From contig JAHDGF010000004.1 of the NCBI GenBank assembly GCA_020627785.1, positions 58,352 through 122,351 of the forward strand: a DNA stretch of 64,000 nt. Direction: 5' to 3'. A model generated the notes under the pieces. The model did not search any database and was not told the origin of the DNA. It saw nothing but the letters and a program-made list of their open reading frames with translations. Position 1 is the stretch's first letter; each line of letters opens with the position of its first letter. The position numbers were made by a program, and so were the translations under genes. The DNA comes from Saprospiraceae bacterium (GTDB taxonomy: Bacteria > Bacteroidota > Bacteroidia > Chitinophagales > Saprospiraceae). Below are positions 57,147 through 64,000 of the stretch, piece by piece.

Positions 57147-57904
57147 AAGAAGGTCTTATTTATGGCTTGTAAAATCTGAATAGAATTTTCTGTGTCACTA
57201 TGTACACAAATAGAGTCGCAAGAGATGAAAATATCTTTATCGTCTATTGTCTTCAAGGCAATTTGGTTTATTAGAGAATTACATTGAGTAATAACATCTT
57301 CAAGATCACTGAGGACACTACCTGATATTTTCCGTGATACCAATTTGCCTTCTGCATTGTATCTGCGATCAGCAAAGGCTTCTTTCACATAACCTAAGCC
57401 ACTTCTTTTACAGGCAATCTCTAATGGACTATTCGGAGGTCCCATAATTTCTAAAATACCGAGCTCCTTTACACAATTAACGAAGGTAAAGCTGAGAATC
57501 TCATCAAAAGCAACATCATGATATAAGGCCCCATGCGCTTTTACATAGCTTAATTCGTAATTAAACTCTTTGCAAATATTGGATACCTTATTAATCTGCA
57601 GTTTGATATTTCTGGTCAATTCCTCTTTGCTCATTTTTATTGATATCCGTCCAAAGTTCTCGATATCTGGATATGATGGATGGGCTCCAACTAGAATACC
57701 ATTTTCCTTAGCCAAAGAAATACAGCCATGGATGGTCTCAATATCACCTGCATGACCTCCACAGGCAATATTACATCTATGGATTAATGGCATGATTGAT
57801 TTTTCTAATTGCAGTGTCGGGTCAATTTCACCTAAATCACAATTCAATCCTGGCTTATGAAAAGACACCTGATAGTGTTTTAAATGAAAGTAAGAAAGTG
57901 ACAA
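57143..57904 (-). CDS. pxpA: 5-oxoprolinase subunit A (LamB/YcsF family)
   Basis: LNCDLGE, NIACGGHAGD and VKAHGALYHD motifs. The ATG at 57904 overlaps the NRAMP gene by 50 nt. A GTG at 57868 would give M-SFHKPGLNCDLGE, closer to canonical N-termini. Confidence 0.85.
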   Translation of the reverse strand: MSLSYFHLKHYQVSFHKPGLNCDLGEIDPTLQLEKSIMPLIHRCNIACGGHAGDIETIHGCISLAKENGILVGAHPSYPDIENFGRISIKMSKEELTRNIKLQINKVSNICKEFNYELSYVKAHGALYHDVAFDEILSFTFVNCVKELGILEIMGPPNSPLEIACKRSGLGYVKEAFADRRYNAEGKLVSRKISGSVLSDLEDVITQCNSLINQIALKTIDDKDIFISCDSICVHSDTENSIQILQAINKTFF

Positions 57905-59048
57905 GGACTACTATTCCTCCAAGTATATTTAACAAGAGTGAGTTACGATTGACACCCATTATTTTTTCATCATTAAGAATATAAAGTAAAAATATGGCGA
58001 TAACTGGAAGCAATAAACCATTGGCTATTTGAGCGAATTTTATAATTAAGATTGGCTTCAAAGCAGTGCTAGCTACAATAACTCCGATCAATAGAATTAT
58101 GATCCAGACTAGCTTAAATCTTAAGTCCTTGAAATCTCCATTCCACTTGAATAAACCCTTGGCAGCATAAGCTGCGGCTAAAGGTGCTGTGATTGCACTA
58201 CTTAATCCAGCAGCGAAAAAACCAATGGCCATAACATAGGTCGCTGCAGATCCTAGTAAAGGTTCTAGCTGTAAAGCAAAATCTGCAATCCCATTAAATT
58301 CAGAACTCTGATCAAAGACATTGGCTGCTGTAATTACAATACAAGAAGAAACAATTCCTCCTAATATGATTGCGATGCCATTTTCAATACGCAACTCTTT
58401 CAGCTTCGATACATCCTTGTGCTTATTCTTTACCGTAGAAGCATGAAGAAATAAATTGTAAGGTACAACGGTCGTTCCGACCAAACCAATGATCAATAAT
58501 AGTTGATCAAAATTAAATGAAGATGGAATTAATCCTTGAAAGATTTTTGACAAATCAGGTTTAGTTATAATCGCAGAAATAAGAAATGAAGTGCTCATGA
58601 CAAGAACAAGAAAGATAAGTAATCTTTCAAGCCATTTATAAGATCCTTTGTTAAGCACGTAAGCAGCAATGGTTCCTAAAATTATAGGCCAGAAATTGAA
58701 TCCCTCTACCATTAAATTAAGCCCTAGAATTGCGCCCGCAATATTCCCCGCTTCATATGCTGCATTACCTACCAAGATTCCAGATATGGAAAGAATAATC
58801 ATTAAACTCTTTGGAATAACACCTAAAGACGATTTATTAATCGCTTCACCCAATCCTTCTTGACTTACCAATCCCAACCTTGCAGCCATCTCCTGCAAAA
58901 TGATGGTACATATCACTGAAAAAACTAAAACCCACAGTAAGGAATATGAAGTTGTTGCTCCTGTCAATGAACAGAGCGTAATGGTACCAGGTCCTATGAA
59001 AGCAGCAGTCACTAATGTGCTGGGACCGAAAAATTTACGGAAATTCAT
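57855..59048 (-). CDS. NRAMP-family membrane transporter
   Basis: Polytopic membrane protein with an NRAMP-like N-terminal motif (GPSTLVTAAFIGPGTIT). The ATG at 59048 (MNFRKFFGPS) is preferred over the track start at 59102; it forms a TAATG overlap with the upstream stop. Confidence 0.8.
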   Translation of the reverse strand: MNFRKFFGPSTLVTAAFIGPGTITLCSLTGATTSYSLLWVLVFSVICTIILQEMAARLGLVSQEGLGEAINKSSLGVIPKSLMIILSISGILVGNAAYEAGNIAGAILGLNLMVEGFNFWPIILGTIAAYVLNKGSYKWLERLLIFLVLVMSTSFLISAIITKPDLSKIFQGLIPSSFNFDQLLLIIGLVGTTVVPYNLFLHASTVKNKHKDVSKLKELRIENGIAIILGGIVSSCIVITAANVFDQSSEFNGIADFALQLEPLLGSAATYVMAIGFFAAGLSSAITAPLAAAYAAKGLFKWNGDFKDLRFKLVWIIILLIGVIVASTALKPILIIKFAQIANGLLLPVIAIFLLYILNDEKIMGVNRNSLLLNILGGIVVLVTFLLSFKTLSGVFS

Positions 59049-60193
59049 TAATTGATTTCTGACTTTGTTTTCAAAGCATAAAGAGCAAAGGATGCAAGCC
59101 AATGTTCACCTGCATAATCTCCATCCTTAATTTTTCCCAAGGAATAATTCATATGTTGTTCAGCCACTTCAAACATTGCAAAGTCTTTACCTAAAACTTG
59201 GCATGCTCCATATATGCTCCAGGCCCTAGAAAAATTCAATCCATCTAAATGTACTAATTTGCCATCAGACCTGTCTCCAACTCTTCCAGGTTCCAGAGCA
59301 AACGCATCGGTGAGAAGTTGAGGAAGAAATTTCTCTGCCCATTTTTTAAAATCTGCCGCTGGGAGTACTCTACGCATGATGTTCATTTCTTCCAAACAAG
59401 GACTAATAAAATCATAACCACTCGGTTCCCAAGAAATAGGACAGCCAGCATCATCTTGGTAGAATTCCTTTGCTCGCTTCACTATTAAATCTTCGAGCGG
59501 TTTATTCTTTAAGGTGATGGAGTAGTCTAGCGCAAAACCTAAACCGAATGCAGTATTCGAATGCTCTCCAACTCTAATGGGATATATTAATTTGGGAAGG
59601 TAATCAATGTATGCATTAGATATGTAATCACATAGTGGTGCTATGTTACTATAAAGCTCTTGACCTAAAGGATCATCCCACGTATGTAGTTCTTCTCCTA
59701 ATTTCAATAACCACGCCCAACCATAGGTTCTTTCAAAACTCTTAGTGTATTTATTTAATGAAAAATATTCAACCTCTTTTTTAATATTCTCAGCTGATAA
59801 ATTTTGTCGGAGTAGTGCTCTTGCTTCTTTGCTTTGCTTTAAATCTGGAAAATTTTTCAAAAGATATACAATCGACCAATGTCCATGCACTGCTGAGTGC
59901 CAATCAAAACAACCATAAAATGAGGGATGATGCACTTGAGGTAATTGCAAGTCATCTTCAGTTGCTATGGTCAATCCAGCTTTATAAGGTAGTGGATTTC
60001 CAATGCACTTCAGTGGTAATTCAATCAATTTACTGGCCTGTTCTAGATTCAAAAGGGGGACTTCCTTTACTTCCTTTTTAATCGATGTTTGATTGGTGCT
60101 CGGACTAGGTTCTACATTTGCGCAAGCGTCCAAAAATAAGAAAGACGAAACTATAAGGTAATACTTGAATTTCATAGGCCTTAATTTAATCAA
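59048..60193 (-). CDS. DUF2891-like lipoprotein
   Basis: Lipobox (FLFLDACAN). The block HHPSFYGCFDWHSAVHGHWSIVYLLK matches my recollection of the DUF2891 family. The family label is from memory only. Confidence 0.55.
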   Translation of the reverse strand: MIKLRPMKFKYYLIVSSFLFLDACANVEPSPSTNQTSIKKEVKEVPLLNLEQASKLIELPLKCIGNPLPYKAGLTIATEDDLQLPQVHHPSFYGCFDWHSAVHGHWSIVYLLKNFPDLKQSKEARALLRQNLSAENIKKEVEYFSLNKYTKSFERTYGWAWLLKLGEELHTWDDPLGQELYSNIAPLCDYISNAYIDYLPKLIYPIRVGEHSNTAFGLGFALDYSITLKNKPLEDLIVKRAKEFYQDDAGCPISWEPSGYDFISPCLEEMNIMRRVLPAADFKKWAEKFLPQLLTDAFALEPGRVGDRSDGKLVHLDGLNFSRAWSIYGACQVLGKDFAMFEVAEQHMNYSLGKIKDGDYAGEHWLASFALYALKTKSEIN

Positions 60194-60310
60194 TAATGAA
60201 AAAGAATTTTAATTATCTTATGCTAATCCCATAAAAATTATCTCTCATCGAAAATTCATGAAAACTGAAACGAATTTTCTTAATTATGCATTTAGAATAT
60301 AAAAAATAGG

Positions 60311-60928
60311 ATGTCAGATACAAATAGAACAGATAACGCCAATTCAATCATTAAGAATCATATGATCTGGTCAATGGGCGCAGGCTTCATTCCAGTACCC
60401 ATAGCAGACTTTTTTGCTGTAAGTGCCATACAACTTGACATGATCAGACAATTATGTAAGTTGTATGATATAGATTTTAAAGAAACGGAAGGGAAGGCTA
60501 TGATAACCGCATTGACAGGAACAGGGATTGCTCGTCTGGGAGCGAGGGCTGTCAAGTTCATTCCAGGTGTTGGTTCAGTATTAGGTGGGGTGACCTTAGC
60601 GGTACTTTCTGGCGGGACTACTTATGGCTTAGGTGAAGTATTTAAAAAGCATTTTGAAACTGGAGGGACATTTTTAGATTTTGATCCAAGTAGGTTAAAA
60701 GCTTATTATGATGAGAAATTTGAAAAAGGGAAAGAGATGGCAAAGGAAATGAGGCAACAGCAAGAGAAAGCTGCTAAAATGCAGGATGAAGTAGAAATTG
60801 TAGAGGAACCCAAAAGAACACCAAAGTCAAGTGTGGATCAACTAAAAGCTGTGGCTGATATGATGCAGCAAGGATTGATTACCAAGGAAGAATTTGAAAC
60901 ACTCAAAAAGAAAATTTTAGACGCTTAA
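60311..60928 (+). CDS. DUF697-like membrane-associated domain fused to a C-terminal SHOCT domain
   Basis: N-terminal half ([36 protein letters not shown] ... [10 protein letters not shown]) resembles DUF697/YcjF. A charged linker follows. The C-terminus [26 protein letters not shown] is SHOCT-like. Confidence 0.55.
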   Translation: MSDTNRTDNANSIIKNHMIWSMGAGFIPVPIADFFAVSAIQLDMIRQLCKLYDIDFKETEGKAMITALTGTGIARLGARAVKFIPGVGSVLGGVTLAVLSGGTTYGLGEVFKKHFETGGTFLDFDPSRLKAYYDEKFEKGKEMAKEMRQQQEKAAKMQDEVEIVEEPKRTPKSSVDQLKAVADMMQQGLITKEEFETLKKKILDA

Positions 60929-61656
60929 TGAACAATAATCCCATTATTTCAACAACGGACATTCGTAAGATCTACACCATGGGATCTACAGAGGTTAAGG
61001 CATTAAATGGTGTTTCAATAAGCATTAAGAAAAACGAATATGTCGCGTTGATGGGCCCCTCAGGTAGTGGAAAATCAACCCTCATGAATTTACTGGGTTG
61101 CTTAGATACACCAACGTCTGGGGAATATGAGCTCAATGAAAACTTTGTAAGTGACATGACGGATAGTGAATTAGCAGAAGTGAGGAATAAAGAAATCGGC
61201 TTTGTTTTTCAGACCTTTAACCTGATGCCTAGAATGTCAGCTTTGGACAATGTTGCGTTACCTCTTGTTTATAATGGGACCAAAAAAAGTCTTCGAGAAG
61301 AGAAGGCAGAAGAAGTGCTTGATTTAGTTGGACTAGGCGACCGAATTGACCATAAACCAAACGAGTTATCGGGAGGTCAGCGCCAGCGAGTAGCCATTGC
61401 TCGAGCTCTCGTAAATAATCCTTCGATAATCCTTGCTGATGAACCTACAGGAAATCTTGATACCAAGACCTCCGTCGAGATCATGCAAATTTTTGAGAAA
61501 ATTCACGCGGCAGGAAATACGGTTATACTGGTAACTCATGAACCAGACATCTCTGAACATGCACACCGAATCATTCGCCTGCGAGATGGAATTATAGAAT
61601 CTGATCTGAAGAATGACAAGATTGTCAGTTTTGCGGATCGGAAGCATGAGATTTGA
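60928..61656 (+). CDS. ABC transporter ATP-binding protein (LolD/MacB-type)
   Basis: [35 protein letters not shown] and VTHE motifs. TAATG overlap with the upstream gene. Confidence 0.92.
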   Translation: MNNNPIISTTDIRKIYTMGSTEVKALNGVSISIKKNEYVALMGPSGSGKSTLMNLLGCLDTPTSGEYELNENFVSDMTDSELAEVRNKEIGFVFQTFNLMPRMSALDNVALPLVYNGTKKSLREEKAEEVLDLVGLGDRIDHKPNELSGGQRQRVAIARALVNNPSIILADEPTGNLDTKTSVEIMQIFEKIHAAGNTVILVTHEPDISEHAHRIIRLRDGIIESDLKNDKIVSFADRKHEI

Positions 61657-61727
61657 TCTTTTTAGCCTTTCGGCAAATCTATTGCCAGAAGTGTTAACTT
61701 TGTAGCTTCACCAGAGCTACAATTACT

Positions 61728-62276
61728 TTGAAAATTTACACGAAAACAGGAGATAAAGGAACCACCAGTTTATTGGGAGGTCAAAGAGTATCAAAAGATG
61801 ATTTGAGAATAGAATCCTATGGCACCATTGATGAGCTGAACAGCCATTTAGGTATGCTTATTTCCTTAACAGAAAATGAAGAAATTACGGATGATCTCCT
61901 TAAAATCCAGTCTCTTCTATTTAATATCGGATCTTACCTTGCATCAGAAGATGCCACACATCCTTCACTCCCAAATTTAGAAGAATCACTTGTCACCGAC
62001 CTAGAAATCGGCATTGACCATATGGAAAAAAGCCTTGAGCCAATGACTAGTTTTATATTGCCTGGAGGAAGTCTAGCAATTGCGCAATGCCATATCTGTC
62101 GCACAGTCTGCCGGAGAGCTGAAAGGCGCATTATCGGAGCGGAACTAGAAGGAGAGAAAATTGAGCTAATTATAAAGATCGTCAATCGATTGTCCGATTA
62201 CCTATTTGTTTTGAGCAGATTTATAGCTGCAGATCAAGGGGTGGCCGATGTACCTTGGATTCCAGATAGGTCTTGA
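61728..62276 (+). CDS. PduO-type ATP:cob(I)alamin adenosyltransferase
   Basis: N-terminus KIYTKTGDKGTTSL and RTVCRRAER motifs, 182 aa. TTG start. Confidence 0.88.
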   Translation: MKIYTKTGDKGTTSLLGGQRVSKDDLRIESYGTIDELNSHLGMLISLTENEEITDDLLKIQSLLFNIGSYLASEDATHPSLPNLEESLVTDLEIGIDHMEKSLEPMTSFILPGGSLAIAQCHICRTVCRRAERRIIGAELEGEKIELIIKIVNRLSDYLFVLSRFIAADQGVADVPWIPDRS

Positions 62277-62305
62277 TTTCCTCAAATAATATCTATATTT
62301 GATTT

Positions 62306-64000
62306 ATGGCAGAAAAGTCTAATTATAGCTTTAGTTTCAAGGATTCGATTAAGTTTTTATTGATTGCTATATCAATTTTTTTAATCAGCCTATTATTACC
62401 AGGTGATAGAAACGAGGTAAATGAACTTGTGGTGGGATCTGCCTGGCAAGGAGAGGATATTATTAGCGATAAGGTATATACGATCGAAAAGGATCAAGCC
62501 GAGATTAATAAGTTCAAGGCAGAAATCGAGGAGAAATACCACACCTTATTAAAGTATGAAGAAGCTGATGTTCATGAAATAGGCGCAAAAGTATTTGAAG
62601 GCTCAGATAAGAGACTAGCCAATGGAGTATTGATCAAAAACATGATCACCAGTCTATACAAGACTCCTGTAAGACCTGATCTTGCAGAAGATGCTTCATA
62701 TTACATCCTCGAGAATGATGAACTGGTCACCTTTAAAAATGAAAATACGCAATCTCTGACTGAGCTGAAAGATCAGTTTAAAAGGGATATGATTGGTAAT
62801 TCATTCTATAGTGACGGGATAGAGGAATTCCTTACCCCCAACTATATTTTAAATACTGAATATCAAGAAGCAGCGTTACAATCTACATTGACCGCCTACG
62901 CCCAAGAAAATAAATCGATAGCAGAGGGAGAAGTCATTATTAAAAATGGAGACATACTTACCACCGATAAAAAACTCCTCATTGATAGCTATTTGAGTAG
63001 TGATCATGATTTATCTATACTGTCTGGTATTGGGATTCTGCAATACCTCGGATATCTAATCTTGACAAGTTTAATAATCATCATCATGATTCTATTCCTG
63101 AGAGAATATTATCCACATTTATATGAGAATGTTGGTGGAGTTGCCTTTGTTTTATTCTGGCCAGTTGTTTTTGGGATTATCATTTGGTTAGTAAAAGGTA
63201 TTCCAGCATTGAGCCCTTTCATGATTCCTTTTTGCGTCGTTCCAATTGTTGTAAATAATTTTTTCACTTCGCGATTGGCCTTGTTTATACATATTATCGT
63301 AGTACTCATTGCCTCATACCTAACTGGTTTGGGATATGAGTTTACCTTCATTCAAATTTTGGCTGGGGTAGTCACGGTACTTTTGATTAAAGAAACACGG
63401 CACTTCAATAAGTTCTTCATTGCCGTTGCATTCATTTTAGCAACTTATGCTTTAGGATTTTTAGGTATCAACTTAATTCAAGCAGGGGAAGAGGTGGTTT
63501 CTGATTTGCCGATTTTTGCTTGGTTGTTAGTCAATGGTCTATTGCTATTAATAGCTTATCCATTAATTCCGTTGGTTGAAAGGCTTTTTGGTTTTACTTC
63601 TAGTATTAGTCTGGTAGAACTCTCAGATATGAATAACCCATTGTTGAAAGAATTAGCAACTCGAGCACCAGGTACCTTACAACACTCATTGCAGGTTGCC
63701 AATCTTGCAGAAGCGGCGACAGATGCGATTGATGCCAACTCAGTATTGGTGAGAACTGCTGCCTTATATCATGACATCGGTAAATTATCTAATCCTGCTT
63801 ACTTCATTGAAAACAATAGTGGTAATAATATGCACCAAGAGCTGAACGATAACTTTGAAAGTGCTCGCATAATTATAGGTCATGTCACCGAAGGGGTTAA
63901 GATGGCAAAGAAAGCAAAGTTGCCGAAAGAAATCATCAAAATGATAAAAACCCATCATGGGAACACGAGAGTTGAATACTTTTATAGAAATCAAAAAGCA
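62306..64000 (+). CDS. 7TM-receptor/HD-domain (HDIG) protein, PgpH-like; 3-prime end outside window
   Basis: My own translation from ATG 62306 is open to the window edge. It shows an extracellular N-domain, seven hydrophobic segments, then an HD domain (LQHSLQVANLAEA, ALYHDIGK, THHG). Absent from the ORF track because there is no stop. Confidence 0.85.
   Translation, partial: MAEKSNYSFSFKDSIKFLLIAISIFLISLLLPGDRNEVNELVVGSAWQGEDIISDKVYTIEKDQAEINKFKAEIEEKYHTLLKYEEADVHEIGAKVFEGSDKRLANGVLIKNMITSLYKTPVRPDLAEDASYYILENDELVTFKNENTQSLTELKDQFKRDMIGNSFYSDGIEEFLTPNYILNTEYQEAALQSTLTAYAQENKSIAEGEVIIKNGDILTTDKKLLIDSYLSSDHDLSILSGIGILQYLGYLILTSLIIIIMILFLREYYPHLYENVGGVAFVLFWPVVFGIIIWLVKGIPALSPFMIPFCVVPIVVNNFFTSRLALFIHIIVVLIASYLTGLGYEFTFIQILAGVVTVLLIKETRHFNKFFIAVAFILATYALGFLGINLIQAGEEVVSDLPIFAWLLVNGLLLLIAYPLIPLVERLFGFTSSISLVELSDMNNPLLKELATRAPGTLQHSLQVANLAEAATDAIDANSVLVRTAALYHDIGKLSNPAYFIENNSGNNMHQELNDNFESARIIIGHVTEGVKMAKKAKLPKEIIKMIKTHHGNTRVEYFYRNQKA

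Noticed and set aside
57855-57904. 50-nt overlap of pxpA with the end of the NRAMP gene
   Set aside because: This is probably an over-extended start. A GTG at 57868 gives an N-terminus close to the canonical M..(I)DLNCDLGE and reduces the overlap to 14 nt. There is no evidence for recoding.
61657-61727. Possible cobalamin riboswitch upstream of the cobalamin adenosyltransferase gene
   Set aside because: The spacer is only 71 nt. That is far shorter than a cobalamin riboswitch, and no B12-box-like sequence was seen.
1-64000. Search for a defence island, mobile element, CRISPR array, prophage, toxin-antitoxin pair, or rRNA/tRNA/large ncRNA genes
   Set aside because: No integrase, transposase, recombinase, Cas, reverse-transcriptase, restriction or nuclease-NTPase genes were recognised. 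There are no direct-repeat arrays. The largest non-coding gaps are only 160-230 nt (3404-3596, 6894-7120, 17068-17297, 52062-52221). They are AT-rich or explained by terminators or the trp leader, and none has tRNA-like GC-rich stems.

Overview
AT-rich, densely packed chromosomal segment that looks like Bacteroidota, probably a Flavobacteriia-like lineage. Supporting evidence: three large proteins ending in type-A T9SS C-terminal sorting domains, SprB and PKD repeats, TTG-N19-TAnnTTTG promoter motifs, little Shine-Dalgarno signal, and many lipoprotein signals. About 55 protein genes fill the window. No intergenic gap exceeds about 230 nt. I see no rRNA, tRNA, CRISPR array, integrase, transposase or phage genes.

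Gene content is mostly housekeeping:
- A complete trpEGDCFBA operon.
- A TRAP transporter (dctQMP-type).
- A phosphorolytic maltose operon: SWIM protein, beta-phosphoglucomutase, GH65 maltose phosphorylase, GH13 amylase, SLC45-like MFS.
- folP, aroC and guaA.
- AsmA and TamB giants.
- A PhoB/PhoR-like two-component pair preceded by a SixA-like phosphatase.
- A pxpABC 5-oxoprolinase cluster with NRAMP and DUF2891 genes.
- A PduO-type adenosyltransferase and a 7TM-HD (PgpH-like) protein running off the right edge.

I did not find a convincing novel multi-gene system such as a defence island. The strongest unannotated signal is a 19-codon leader ORF with tandem Trp codons, followed by a strong intrinsic terminator just upstream of trpE; this is a candidate ribosome-mediated trp attenuator.

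Secondary signals:
- A PolX whose catalytic DxD motif reads QxE.
- A SWIM zinc-finger protein at the head of the maltose operon.
- A redoxin-like CPPC domain on a T9SS surface protein.
- A DUF2891 lipoprotein translationally coupled to the NRAMP-pxp operon.
- A CDP-alcohol transferase/PAP2/methyltransferase lipid module.
- Repeated 3-prime overlaps of convergent genes.

All family assignments come from motif recognition by eye, not from searches.
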